From the IMG/VR virus record IMGVR_UViG_3300005609_000008, positions 1-60,854 of that record: 60,854 nt of DNA; one strand, written 5' to 3'. Origin of the DNA: a virus. Taxonomy: Duplodnaviria; Caudoviricetes. Position 1 is the stretch's first letter. Each line of letters starts with the position of its first letter. Shown here piece after piece: positions 10,501 through 19,400 of this stretch. Below the pieces are notes generated by a model. The model ran no database searches. It was not told the origin of the DNA and saw only the letters and a list, made by a program, of their open reading frames with translations. Both the position numbers and the translations under genes were made by a program.

Positions 10501-11333
10501 TCAATCTCCTCTTGTAGTAACTCAGAGAATGTAGCACCCATTTCAAGAACTGATCCTGCTGCTGCAAATGCGTATGGAAGCGTTGCTGCTGCACCTGCTA
10601 TTGCTCCTGGTACTGCTCCAACACCACCTGCTAAAGCACCTGAACCTGCTCCTACTGCTGCACCTGAACCTATTACTGAACCTGCAGCTACTAAGGAATC
10701 TTTATTAGTTCCCATAGATGTTATAGAACTAATTATAACTTCAGGAATAACTTGTAATCCTGACTTAGCTAACCCCATAACAACCCCCATAAAACCTTTT
10801 CCATTTTCTTCGTAGGTCTTTTGGTAAGCCATCATCTCATCAGATGGACCTAGTTTCTGTGCCTCTTTATTGGCTTCAATAAAACTGTATATATCTTCAT
10901 CGGTAGCGTTTGCACCTCGTAGTAATATGTCTGATGCATCTTCAGCAACCTGACCTTGATAGTAACCTGTAGCAACACTACGAGCCATGTCATCTACAAA
11001 GTCTCCTAGTCCTATTCTTGTTACTGCATCAAAGCCTCTTAGTATGTCACCAAAAGTTCCTTCAAAAAAGTCCTGTTCAGTCTGTGGTTGTATAGCCGAA
11101 GAAATGTTTTCCGTAACCAATTCCCCATTTTGATCTTGAGCAATAAAACCTGATTCGTCTTTTTTTTTTTGAGAAAATGCAGCTTCAAATTCTTGTAAAT
11201 CGGCAAAAGCACCTGGCTTTATTATAGAAAACAAAGTAGCATTATCAACTTGGTTTGCAAAATCTTGAAACTCTTCAAAAGATGAAAAAGCTCCATCAAC
11301 AGTTAATCCAAATAAATCTTCAATTTCAAACAT
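1530..11333 (-). CDS. Giant polyvalent virion/ejection protein (3267 aa) with zincin-like HExxH and ART-PolyVal-like domains
   Basis: Last gene of the virion module. Has a Gly/Ala-rich hydrophobic N-terminal region, a PAPAP linker, a coiled coil, HEVFH near aa 1077, and an FKNWFGNW...KVVDENGEPL...NPL...GYDG...NQSK segment. Confidence 0.7.
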   Translation of the reverse strand: MFEIEDLFGLTVDGAFSSFEEFQDFANQVDNATLFSIIKPGAFADLQEFEAAFSQKKKDESGFIAQDQNGELVTENISSAIQPQTEQDFFEGTFGDILRGFDAVTRIGLGDFVDDMARSVATGYYQGQVAEDASDILLRGANATDEDIYSFIEANKEAQKLGPSDEMMAYQKTYEENGKGFMGVVMGLAKSGLQVIPEVIISSITSMGTNKDSLVAAGSVIGSGAAVGAGSGALAGGVGAVPGAIAGAAATLPYAFAAAGSVLEMGATFSELLQEEIEGELTPEKIREALNDDKIYTSLRNRALARGLTIGVIDAFTGRLGGKVAGKILSKAGKGATKGTKIKSVLAASGIESVGGSLGEATARGVIGQEMDISEIALEGIAEAPGGVKDVISARFSKPKYRVNGKKVDVETIDNLIETMTLDQLQSTKIKIDNDYEGRAEKLSDRILQLNTERLILEANPDINPETLAEITKLQLELSKLEGNKTEVAKEKASILKSKIKDLQENQLEAEVNTEVDAFRELEQSEQLKYIEQASKELVEESEAKGDEEFEITEQQNLERAVELFNKDQQTETDTEVEVTSKEETEVKEERYNDSQVPVSQQNITYEDGNGETNIATVTTQLDGSRKVQISDEEGAVFFRETISKDNTLTNEEYVSVSTKGDVKSTEEVDIKTVINPKLESRMSDRQRKAAGLDVTPEAEVEVDDEVVYEMNKTNKKTWSKDFEILDNRKGQEQALFDEEGNKTSDKWWVVNKVTGQIIEVGTKTMAKDIIANAPAYAETFGDGTKVGVDMIVTPAPAPTPAPAPAPAPTPKAEVKVEEQVEVTPEGNERVNQVVELSPNFREDNGEVIMGGISVKVEDLIAMTDNQFNDFVKDVTKRFKLKTPATPQTDPEISRLENEIENDQMSAETILEEITIEQDNYKEEVARIKEEKAKIRKDKKLSKEQKIEAIEEKVAEQEDLKDERDGVIESYREDLKQKKSEIRKAKKALEKITQKPRKQVTKVEKKITKVEKQIDNARRALEKLDKDIKIVLHSDDSSYRKATGEETIKKSSNGEYNPRTKTIHINATKVQDNTVAHEVFHALLLRNGITNKQAKAITDRMFKAVKKTASPELLEKLKKHSDKYESALESEESIAELFGLLASELPKMDAPTQNLVQRWVNKLAKILGVKKFTDAEVIDLLNVVSAKVKAGQEITEQDVEILEVEEQGGSGQVGTFTFTFKDRKQKAPNIKDDTRDYAKNIIQKDLQDYRGQNFVTNMYDFTNAGPTNIGAGIVLDLYGGKNYVADMMEKTGTKLGEVSNVAAFNTQGQAEGFIKNAIDGNANLFAPHVGTKEGSWQFQQNIFEQLTEKLLDNNILTNQELIESFNDGLKSKNGQNALNIFNKKYKKAQSKEGSNLPKLKNTNNLNDFIENPKRLVELLDIDNNYSPDLRKILNDKIASNKKVQAALGVKNKIQFAELLEDPMNLGSQKFDIIGLVEFDNTTFETPSRPKKGDADYHPSFAWTVKAKIKTIVQPTNFYQSTEVTDSYTKFNKSGAVVSTRENTKDFKSSNVSSSAGSGPKVATVKAEIKKDAPQSRKQKTSIIPADISDAPQSRKQIDMKRLNKMADTFYMKKNGYIPYRTTPLGELQRAARRFGLRVETRYITEGRRRGTPTGYYLSFGKNPEGFPIMFNPRTKQEKVIKDAPQSRKQIDLAPNGNPSNLTPEQYKLVRTPAFKNWFGNWETDPENSSKVVDENGEPLPVSHFTNNYFDVFKYKETGFHFGEPSIKEDLSIAKGEQFEREINVFLNIRNPLRVEDSHRFDPPILIQQLIKNDIINDEQFETLENLFYDIEENLTEDEYYDSNTLVTKQSDALISVLENEGYDGLVYENAFDSQDSKMSYIIDEQSSKIYVRNNGNVFVGDVVLQSESESRPFITFSSNQGNVYVIENNEGTELTSQDNNRIKELLDAGGFVSTVNSSKTHSDFDLFTGEQKFTDSYVTFESNQSKLADGTNKTFNPDAPSIRKQKPSGKKKPSKKPTRKRTSSIKKAITEIKNVLNITPDEQRKIFKALNDQKKRAKDVKKDIVASLRELTKEGKITPSKMVSVINKVPDDFNNPITVERFVEYMTKVFNDADYGNKMMIANAKKGKARKNVSTKIGIAEGLVDQLQRLFSVKPSLIPDSVLDQYMELINIFGKRESVLSLPPMEQVIQLTEDVLQQLDEEYSMAIELADRYKNAEKVMGDNGVDYAATIKEMLDNEVIDEREYEVMKKYKSQIKSEIATPKTEAEIEAETQEKKAEIEAERQEVIKDVKATKEVDPSVFPSRLERDLAKRFKKLLKTDAINDLSLDDLKNLFKVIDNINNGYLPHYAQIMVGKMNAINDAKVGTNAIKRSKLLPLSKIYANLKSKIGRTGKSPTLELIRRNPTFYIDQVFGDFKTKDIFNSIFKRSAEASAKYTKAIKEVQAKIEKVEQAVFKSFGRNPNKVIMSKYKQMSYLIQQEFLSNPDSNQVNSVEDFLKATIKRIKTETTSYTETDAKMLQEILDKYTANGTKPFDIDQLYESFNVAERNSIRTLEEINKSMTDKAVYTANIIRGNKITPLKNYTHLSVIPDVSKADIIETETSQISDMFNKYLKPSTKAKSLIERTGKVSPLNFDVYASVQRGAKYTLMDFNLTEPIRTARRTLNQIEKNLSDEDGNMSVSNRRKFNAIRDASIESIENLLSNALTQNTIADQAVDYIQKQGYRAILAGIPRASYELLSNILAGIYIDPKGIISGIKNRKLLASPEGKEVMNNLNSTQTNRVFSTGLSGKFVDTGILNQAAGVTASRAKGRVKNTILQLWNKTGQRWIKGVEFTADSLISAPDKLVMQPMWFGAFENRFKQLTGKSPDFDKIAANDEAYMNKYATELNDAKTLADNRSVAMGATDNAFMGILKGTVKPNQGMLLRGFNAFNGFMTRFLIFEYITARTGIMAAVGNGQVNKRQGAALLAGVTTRMIAYTFMGTLVAEAIKDLTEDDDDEDFDFSNFQFEDDDEQGMKSVDKMLGQAMVSAFTSLLFGRDFGNATKSIINLGLENLNEAYGQFLRDGDYDKYRDAIQYTIIPEGKSGRPPQFADIAPNLFAAYSPMIKTLEFGINKLFESDRVQPDAIERQQDERFIRLPLETFGVLGFIPFYKDIRKIVLADMYKGLRKAKKDAANKKKRKEEMLQGYDSESDMKRYNFSLWEITFGPDSPGYETRQAEKELKRKARKLRQQQKDKMYDYTPPVKKRKKQSSPFGPSSNRKGSSPFGPN
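6268..6627. repeat. 27-bp identical direct repeat (6268-6294, 6601-6627) encoding KDAPQSRKQ; degenerate copies at ~6541-6569 and ~5317-5343
   Basis: tgcttacgagactgaggtgcgtctttt occurs twice. Confidence 0.9.
8901..8954. repeat. 6-bp tandem repeat (aggagc/aggagt) encoding a Pro-Ala/Thr linker
   Basis: Directly visible; translates to TPAPAPTPAPAPAPAPTP. Confidence 0.9.
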
Positions 11334-11335
11334 AC

Positions 11336-13225
11336 TTATTCTTCTGTATTAAATATTTTTGTGGCTTCAGTTATATCTACATTTTCTTGAGCCATAATTT
11401 CGGCAATAGTTCTTTTTCTTTTATTGGATGAAGGTTTGCCCTTATTTTTTTTAAATTTCTGTATTTCTAATGTTTTCATAAACGCTTTAAGTTTACGTTT
11501 TTCCTTTTCTCCTTCAACATTACTAATACCCATAAAATCACCTTCTATTGTGACAGACCCCTCATAACCTGCAACATCAATAATAAACTTATCATTGTCT
11601 ATTGGTGTAATAGTTAATTCAAAGTCAGGGAAAGCTTCTTGAATTTTAGCTCTTAATCCTTTTTCTCCTTCATCTTCGCCATAAAAATCTAAATCTTTTA
11701 CGGCTAAATTTAATTTTTTATCTAATGCCTCCATGTCTAAACCTTCCTCTACAACATCATCTATACCTGTTTTTGAAATATATTCTAAGTCTAAATCTGA
11801 AAATTCAGCATCTTTCTTCCAATTACCTCTGTCTAGTATAGTCCTTATATTTTTTTGACCTGTTAATAATGGACTTGCAGATTCAATAAACTGCTCTTGA
11901 GTTTTACGAACTTTAATAGTTTTAGGGTTGCTATCACTCACAGGCTTATTTGCGTCAAAATCAGGATTAGTTTTATCAGCATAAAAACTAATTGTTTTTG
12001 TTTCAAGTTTTCCACTAGTCGGACTTACATATTGTACTGTTACACCATCTTTAGTTCTTTTAACCTCTCTTGTAGCAGGGTTTAAAGTGCTAAAATAATC
12101 AGTCAATGTTTGCATATCAGTCTCACCTCCAAACCATAATTTACCAACATTAGAGATAATTTTGTCTTGTTGTTGTCTCTCTTCTCTAGCATTTTTATCT
12201 GATTGACTTTCTGGTGTAGGTTCTTTTTGAGTTTCCTTACGACCTAGTTGTTTGTCTATGTGTCTTCTTAAAAACTCTTCAGCTTTAGCTTTTTGTTTTT
12301 TACCCATTTCACTTGTAACATCCATAATCATTTTACCTGATCCTGGTTGTGAAGGGTCTTCTATCATAAGTATAGAGTTTTCGTCTTGGTCTTTTTTATT
12401 AAAAACAGTATTATAACCACCAACATAATCTTTAAGAATACTAGCAACCCCATTTGGAATTTGTACTTGACTCTGAACCATATCATTTACCATAATATCA
12501 AAATCTTTCATCTGCCTAACATCATCGATAGTTCGGTATAATCCATCTGTTGTTAAATAGGTGTCTGCAAATTTAGCAACCTCAGCGTCTAAATCATCTA
12601 ATTGATACTTTAGTATTTCTTGAGATAAAGAAAAGTTTAACTGTTGCACTGTAGTAAAATTACCAGGAGTTCTATCCATAGTAACAACCTTTTTTCCATC
12701 AACATCTTTCTCTACTAATTTACCAATACTTACCTGACCATTTGTAGGGTTAATATAAGCCTCATGATTAGAAAAATTTGCGAATCCTTCAAGCCTAGCT
12801 AACATATCAGCATCTAGTTGAGACGTAGTTCCATTTTGAAACTTCTTCATTCTATCAGAGTATATGGCTTGGTATTTTTTTCCTAAATTAAAAAGTTGTG
12901 TAGTTCCTTGGGTAAGATTAGCACGACCAATGTTATAGTCTTTTAATTTTAACTGACCTGATTTTAATAGTTGGTCTTGCATTAAACGCATCTGTTGTGC
13001 GTTGTTTGCATATGTCATAGCGAACTCATTTAACCCTCTGTGGTCTCCTTGTGGAGCTTCTGAAAGGGTTGCACCTAATTCTGCAGTAGCATCATTAATA
13101 GCCTGTCTTTTAGACTCTCTAATAGCCTCAGCCTCTTTGAGAGAGTTTACCATATTAGAGGTAATCTCTGCCCAATTTACTTGATTGCTAGCATCCCTTT
13201 CTGCGTATTTATAATATGTTGCCAT
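11336..13225 (-). CDS. Putative internal virion/ejection protein (629 aa)
   Basis: Sits between two other ejection-like genes; helical composition. Confidence 0.55.
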   Translation of the reverse strand: MATYYKYAERDASNQVNWAEITSNMVNSLKEAEAIRESKRQAINDATAELGATLSEAPQGDHRGLNEFAMTYANNAQQMRLMQDQLLKSGQLKLKDYNIGRANLTQGTTQLFNLGKKYQAIYSDRMKKFQNGTTSQLDADMLARLEGFANFSNHEAYINPTNGQVSIGKLVEKDVDGKKVVTMDRTPGNFTTVQQLNFSLSQEILKYQLDDLDAEVAKFADTYLTTDGLYRTIDDVRQMKDFDIMVNDMVQSQVQIPNGVASILKDYVGGYNTVFNKKDQDENSILMIEDPSQPGSGKMIMDVTSEMGKKQKAKAEEFLRRHIDKQLGRKETQKEPTPESQSDKNAREERQQQDKIISNVGKLWFGGETDMQTLTDYFSTLNPATREVKRTKDGVTVQYVSPTSGKLETKTISFYADKTNPDFDANKPVSDSNPKTIKVRKTQEQFIESASPLLTGQKNIRTILDRGNWKKDAEFSDLDLEYISKTGIDDVVEEGLDMEALDKKLNLAVKDLDFYGEDEGEKGLRAKIQEAFPDFELTITPIDNDKFIIDVAGYEGSVTIEGDFMGISNVEGEKEKRKLKAFMKTLEIQKFKKNKGKPSSNKRKRTIAEIMAQENVDITEATKIFNTEE

Positions 13226-13243
13226 TTAAGTTATTGTTTTTTT

Positions 13244-14206
13244 CTAATAAAATCCATACATGCCATTCATTGGATCACCACTTTTTTTTCTTTTAACTTC
13301 TTCAATGATAACTTCGTCTTCTATAGGACCACCATAATTCATTTGACCACCATAGAGTATATTATTCAAATATGATTGTTGTTCTACACTACCTCTGTTT
13401 ATATAAGACTGAGGGTTGGCTAAGAATTGTTTTTCATCAAAAGAACTAAGTCCTTGCTTTCCTCCAAGTTTAGCAAACCTATTCATATCAAATCCTGAAT
13501 TAGTCTTCTGTAATTCCGTAAGCATAAATTTATTTTGCACTGCTTGTTTATCAACTCCTGTGCCTATTCCTAAAAATCCTTTTCCTGAATCCTGCCTAGC
13601 TTGTCTAACTGCTTGTCTTTGACCTTTATTAAAATCTCTAACACCTGCACTTTTTGAAAACAATGGTGCTGCTGCCATAAGTTCAGCACCAAAAGACGCT
13701 AATTGTTGAAACCCTTGTGTCTGTGCTGCAGTAGCAGCCTGACTAGCATCTGATGCTGCCATCTGTGCTCCTGCAACCTCACCTAAATCTAACTGAACAC
13801 CAACGTCACGAAGCCTTGAATCTTCTGCTGCTGCTGCTCTATCTAATGCAGTCAACTCTTGACCCATTGCAGTACGAATTCCTTGTTGACCTTTTTGTTG
13901 TGCTAGTTGTATTCGACCAACACCTGCTGCTGCACCACGTTCAGACTCTCTTGCTGCCTCAACACCCTGTGCTCCTGCAACTAGTAAAGCCTCACGTTCA
14001 AGTTCGTAAGGTTCTTTCTGTATGCCTAATGCGTCTATATAATTTACCTCAAGTTTTTTCCTAGCTGCTGCCATTGCTTTTTCGGCTTCACGCTTGGCTT
14101 TTTCTTCGGCTTTACGTTGTTGACCTGCCTGAAGAAAAGATGCACCCATTCCCCCTGCACTTAATGCTAAACTACCTATTAATAAACCTGTTGCTATTCC
14201 TGCCAT
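13244..14206 (-). CDS. Putative internal virion/ejection protein (320 aa)
   Basis: Hydrophobic Gly/Ala N-terminus followed by Ala/Gln-rich helices, typical of podovirus ejection proteins. Confidence 0.6.
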   Translation of the reverse strand: MAGIATGLLIGSLALSAGGMGASFLQAGQQRKAEEKAKREAEKAMAAARKKLEVNYIDALGIQKEPYELEREALLVAGAQGVEAARESERGAAAGVGRIQLAQQKGQQGIRTAMGQELTALDRAAAAEDSRLRDVGVQLDLGEVAGAQMAASDASQAATAAQTQGFQQLASFGAELMAAAPLFSKSAGVRDFNKGQRQAVRQARQDSGKGFLGIGTGVDKQAVQNKFMLTELQKTNSGFDMNRFAKLGGKQGLSSFDEKQFLANPQSYINRGSVEQQSYLNNILYGGQMNYGGPIEDEVIIEEVKRKKSGDPMNGMYGFY

Positions 14207-14658
14207 AACTTTTCTTTTTTATTGTATTCTTCCATGGTTATTGAAAAAAAATTATTTTCTATGTCTTCCATGTTTTTAGTATTTGTTGGATTAGCTATTA
14301 TATTTATCCAAACACAATCCTCCACACATTTAATTAGCCTTTTAGTTCCCTTTAAAGAGTAAGACCAACAGGGAGCTATATGTTCTACAGTTTCGTTGTC
14401 AGCCTGCAATATAACTTTCCCAGACAATAAAAACCAAAAATGATTGGTATGGTGTATGGCACTTATGACTACACTACCTGCCTTCATTTTCATCTGACGC
14501 ATATATAATCCATCAGAAAAATTGTTTGTTATTGGAAAATGTTCATTGTTAACTAAATTTTTACCATCTCCAAATGTTTGTTCATTATCACTTTCTATAA
14601 GTATGTTTTGTAATACCTCTAGTTTTTTTATAAAATTAACTGATAATTCGCTATTCAT
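14194..14658 (-). CDS. Cupin-fold protein
   Basis: FSDGLYMRQMKMKAGSVVISAIHHTNHFWFLLSGKV...GTKR resembles the cupin beta-barrel motif. Confidence 0.6.
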   Translation of the reverse strand: MNSELSVNFIKKLEVLQNILIESDNEQTFGDGKNLVNNEHFPITNNFSDGLYMRQMKMKAGSVVISAIHHTNHFWFLLSGKVILQADNETVEHIAPCWSYSLKGTKRLIKCVEDCVWINIIANPTNTKNMEDIENNFFSITMEEYNKKEKLWQE

Positions 14659-14680
14659 TTAATATAATATACTTTTACTT

Positions 14681-14688
14681 CAAAGATA
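14681..14688 (-). promoter_or_regulatory. TAnnTTTG promoter element for the cupin/ejection genes
   Basis: caaagata on + reads TATCTTTG on -, about 22 nt upstream of the ATG. Confidence 0.6.
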
Positions 14689-14694
14689 CTAATT

Positions 14695-15546
14695 TTATGG
14701 AAATGATTTCATAACCTCTGATCCAACTGCAAATAACTCTACTGCACCTGTATCATTATTGGTTAAAGTAAATACTGCATAGTGACCTAATATACCATGA
14801 GACTCTGCAGTACCATTCTTTATGAAAAAATAATAGCTTGGACTAGTAGGTGGTAAATTACCTATTGGAGTTCCAGCAGAATCTGTGATGGTGGTATCAA
14901 CTATCAAATAATTTTCTCCACTTTGAAGATTAACAACCTTATCTTTTACTTCTCCAATTAAAGTAACTTGATTTGTAAAGCCACTTTTGATGTATAAATA
15001 ATCACCAATACTTAATATTGTTCCAATGTTTACATATGGGTCTGTGCTAAAATTAATGATTACATTATTTGGAGATAAGGTATTTACTGTTGTGTTGTTC
15101 CCAATACCATTGGCAGACCTTAAAGGATATTGAGCTGCACTTGCAGGCTCTGAATTTTGTGCTCTAAGATATCCGAAATAGTTTCCTTCTTTAAGTTTAA
15201 ACTCGTCTTCATTAATAAAGTTCCCAATCTGCTGATCACTATCTGCAGTTGCACTCCACGATGCATCAGACTCTAACTCTAAAGTTTTAAATAATTTATT
15301 CTCTAAAGGTAAATCATTAAACACCGATGTTAGTATGGAAGAAAAATCTTCTCCATAATAATTATTTCTAGTTTCATTTGTGTTATGTCTATAAATATTA
15401 CCTCCCTTAAAAGTGTATAGGTAATTATTCATACCTTGAATCCAATCAGGATAGTAGGTATAAAAAGAAGGAAATCCTTTTACTCCATCATCATATGTTA
15501 AGGTATATTTTGATTCTAATGTTGGTATTGGTACAGGTCCAGCCAT
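14695..15546 (-). CDS. Putative tail structural protein (resembles the C-terminal part of a muzzle/stabilisation protein)
   Basis: Tail module context; FPSFYTYYP...FKGG...HN...NNYYG and KLFKTLELES motifs. Confidence 0.55.
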   Translation of the reverse strand: MAGPVPIPTLESKYTLTYDDGVKGFPSFYTYYPDWIQGMNNYLYTFKGGNIYRHNTNETRNNYYGEDFSSILTSVFNDLPLENKLFKTLELESDASWSATADSDQQIGNFINEDEFKLKEGNYFGYLRAQNSEPASAAQYPLRSANGIGNNTTVNTLSPNNVIINFSTDPYVNIGTILSIGDYLYIKSGFTNQVTLIGEVKDKVVNLQSGENYLIVDTTITDSAGTPIGNLPPTSPSYYFFIKNGTAESHGILGHYAVFTLTNNDTGAVELFAVGSEVMKSFP

Positions 15547-15549
15547 AAT

Positions 15550-16257
15550 TTAAAGGTTTTGACAGTTATTAGATGCATCACATGCTAAAATATCAGTAAC
15601 AAGATTGCTTTGTATTTCCATTACCCTCCAACCATTAGCAGGAGCACTAGTAGACGAAGTTTCAAAATAATAGGCATACCATCCATCAACTAATCCTCCT
15701 ACAATTTCATCACCTAATGTTAAGCTATAGTAGTCATTACCACTAACTGTAGATTTCTGTATAACTATATTATAATTATTAGTACAAAAAGTACTACAAG
15801 GTATAGCTACTCCTGATAGGTATAATTGACTTGTTGGAGGACAAACAGGTCCAGGTTGCTGAATTTGTAAGTTACTTCCAGAATTTTCACGATAAATATT
15901 TGAACCTATTTCTTTGTAAAAACCATCAGCCATAGGAGTGGTTAAAGAATTAGTTTGAAATATTTGTGAAGCAGTTAGAAATGTATCACCTAAAGCCATA
16001 TAAGCAGTAACCTGTACACTTGATACACAAAATAAATCCAAAGCAGATGTTACATTATACTCAAGTGTTATAGGATTCTCAATGCAATTAGGACAAACTT
16101 GTTGAGGTAGAAGAACACAATTAACTTGTTCCCTAGAAATAGTTCCATCAGAATAAAATCCATCTGGAGCACATACAGTTAAATCAATATCTGTAAATAC
16201 TGCAGTGGATAATCCTAATGTAGGTCCGTTTAAATAATAATTTCCTGTTACTGCCAT
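15550..16257 (-). CDS. Cys-containing tail/appendage protein
   Basis: Three APDGFY/MADGFY/VDGWY-type repeats; tail context. Confidence 0.5.
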   Translation of the reverse strand: MAVTGNYYLNGPTLGLSTAVFTDIDLTVCAPDGFYSDGTISREQVNCVLLPQQVCPNCIENPITLEYNVTSALDLFCVSSVQVTAYMALGDTFLTASQIFQTNSLTTPMADGFYKEIGSNIYRENSGSNLQIQQPGPVCPPTSQLYLSGVAIPCSTFCTNNYNIVIQKSTVSGNDYYSLTLGDEIVGGLVDGWYAYYFETSSTSAPANGWRVMEIQSNLVTDILACDASNNCQNL

Positions 16258-16258
16258 A

Positions 16259-16414
16259 TTAATTTTTTATTCCAAAATTTAATAATGTGAATATAAATTT
16301 CTTTTTTCCAAAATCAACGTTAAATTTAATAAAAGTTACTTTACCAATTCTAAGGATAAAATCTAATTTATCATTTTGTTTTGCGTTTGATTTCCAACTG
16401 TTAGTGTATTTCAT
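16259..16414 (-). CDS. Small hypothetical protein (51 aa, MKYTNSWKS...)
   Basis: Hand-translated; fills the gap between two minus-strand genes. Confidence 0.6.
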   Translation of the reverse strand: MKYTNSWKSNAKQNDKLDFILRIGKVTFIKFNVDFGKKKFIFTLLNFGIKN

Positions 16415-16425
16415 AGTTATTTAAT

Positions 16426-19400
16426 TTAAAAACAAGTGCATGTAACGCTAATTACTGTAGCACCATCATTAGTAATAAGTTGTGATATACAAGCATTCCA
16501 AACCTCAGTAGGAATAAGTGTCTGAGAAACAGGTGTTCCAACACAATCAACATACTCAAGTGTTAAATTACTTCCAGTATTATTTTCCCATGTATATGAG
16601 TTACAAACACAAACTTGATTTGAAGTTAATGCAATTATATCATCAGTAGCAATGTTTACAGTAGTTCCTGTTATTGTCCACTTACAACCATCCCCACTTA
16701 GTAATTCTACTTTATCTCCAACTGAAACTGCAATAGAAGATGTCACTGTTCTAACTTCATTAGTAACACATTCTTGAATTGAATAGTTTGAAGGAACAGG
16801 GTTGCAATCACAAGTCACAAATTCTATATCTATTCCTATTTTTGGTTTAAGTGACGATGCACAAATAGTTTCAACTACTGGACTATTAACATCTATTTTT
16901 ACTAATAATCCATTACAATCTATATAATTAACAGATATACTACCTCCTATGGTGTTTGTAAGTGTATATTCATTACAAACGTCACTGCAATCTTCACCTG
17001 GATAAGTGTTTATTATGTTAGTATTAACAGTTCCAAACTCAGTAAATGATATTACTTTAAATTTACAATCAGGCTCGTTGTCAATTTGAACTATATCACT
17101 TACAGTGTAACTTGAATTATTTGCGATATATGTGGTAGGACTTGTAATACCTGGTGTTTCACATCTTTCTACAATTACCTTAGAAGGTTCACTACTAGGG
17201 CATTCACAACTTGTCCAAACTAAATCAAAATCAGGTTGTGGTGCTGCATCTTTAGCACATATATTTTTAAAATTTCCTACTTTAATATCTTCATTTATAA
17301 CTACACCATTACAATTAGTATATATAAAATCAACTGTTGAAGCATTATTAGTTACTGTATAAAAATTACATACTTCACTACAATCTGCAGCAGTGCTTAA
17401 TCCTGTAGAAGTAGCGTCTGCAGGACCAGCATTTGTTTCAGAAACAACAACATACGTACAGTCTGCATCTTCATTTATAGTAATTAAATCACCGATATTA
17501 AACAGACCACTATTTACTATAGTAACTTGATTAAAACCATTTGTACTCCAATCTATTACACATCTTTCAGCTATTAAGAATGGTGCAATAGGATCACACT
17601 CACAATCTTCAAGAGTAATAATAATTCCTGGTGTTGCAGAAATCTCTTGAGCACAAATAACCAAATCATCATTTGCTAGAACTGTAGCCGTTACTGAATC
17701 TCCATTACAATCTATGTAGTCAACATCTGTATCAACTCCATTAGTTTCTTCTAGTTGATATTCTTGACAAATATCTTCACATGTCGTACCTGAAGGTAAT
17801 ATAGCAGTAACAGTTGCAGTCGCTGCCGTTGGTGTTACTGCTCCAATTTCATAAGTACATGCATTAATAGTAACTAATTCCCCTGTAGTATATACGCCTT
17901 GAACTGTTTCAGTTTGCACAACCCCATCAGCTCTACATTGTGTAGCTATAAAAGTATCAGGTTCTGAACAACCACAACACGAATCCAAAGAATCTACAGT
18001 TGAGTAACATAACTCTGCAAAAACAGGAGACCTGTAATCATATATTAAATACAAGTAATCACCAGACGTTCCTGCAGGCATTATAAAGTCTCCCAAGTAT
18101 GTACTTGGTGCTCCTGAAGAATTTACTGGTAATTGAGTAGAAGCGTTTAACAATGTTTGTATTGATGCAGGTGTATTTGAATATAACGTTGCTGACCTTA
18201 AATATTTAAAATTCATAGGTGGTGTTACAAAAACAAAATCATCTGTCGGTGGTATCTTATTCGAAATAATCGAAACAATTGCTCCATCAGCAGGAACAAC
18301 TCCTGCACCTTGAACACCTGCAACTGTACTATATTGTGATACATTAGGTGAGTTTGGAGATGACAAAAATTCAATTTGTTCTTGGTGTAATGGAGAAATA
18401 AATGGTCCATCAACCCATCGATATTGATTATGAATAAATTGACCTGCATCTGAGTTATTAGTAACACAGACTTGTACAATACTTAATGCTTTGGCATCTA
18501 CACAACTAACTGTATAATCTATAACTGCTGACGCAGTTCCATCAAAAGTAAGGTTTAGAGTATCTGTTAAAACTAAATTTTTAATTACTGTGATTGTGTT
18601 TAGTCCATTAACTAAATTTACTACTTGAAGTGTTGTTCCATATTCAGCTTGTGCTTGAAGAGAACCACTAGTTAAATCAGAAACATTAAGTGTTATAGTT
18701 ACTTCACCCACTAAATCTCCTACATTAAAACAATAATTAATAGTTGTTCCGTTAAAATTTAATAGTTGATTAATCCCACATTCAACACAAGGCACATCAA
18801 TTGGAAGCAACTCATCATTAATAGAAAAAACATACTCATCCATATAAGGGTCGTACCCTCCTAGTTTTTGATTATTAGGAGATGATATAAATTTATCTCT
18901 AAACCATGAACGCATTCCTGCATCGGATATAACTGTAAGTTGTTCATTAGAATATGCACTACCTTTTAGTTGAATTAATGCTCCACGTTTTTGGTCAGAA
19001 AAATATTTATCAAATCCATATTGTGCAAAACTTTCAGGGTTAAAGCTTATCCCATACTCCTCTAGTCTAGCTATTTGAGTTCCAAGAACTTCTGGAACAG
19101 ATGTAATAGCTCCTCCTGGAACTGAATCAGATAATAAATTTTTACCTGCTAGTACATATGATATTTTATCTTCTTGTAATGTAAGTATGTCAGTAGCTCT
19201 AGCGAATAGTTTTTCAATAGGACCGAATGATTCTTCTGTTCTTTTAAAATTTAAAAGTCCAAGGTTAAACTCATTAAGTTTATTTACGTTACTTTCATCA
19301 TTGTATATACCACTATAAGTAATGTCTGCAAACCTATCAGCTTCTCTATAATCTTCTGCAGATGTAGTTGTTACTCTATTACCTAATAATAATGGTTTTC

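Noticed and set aside
1530-11333. Virion RNA polymerase as in crAss-like or N4-like phages
   Set aside because: I found no convincing DxDxD catalytic loop (PFDID lacks the first Asp; DEDFDF lies in an acidic low-complexity patch), and host-type promoters are widespread.
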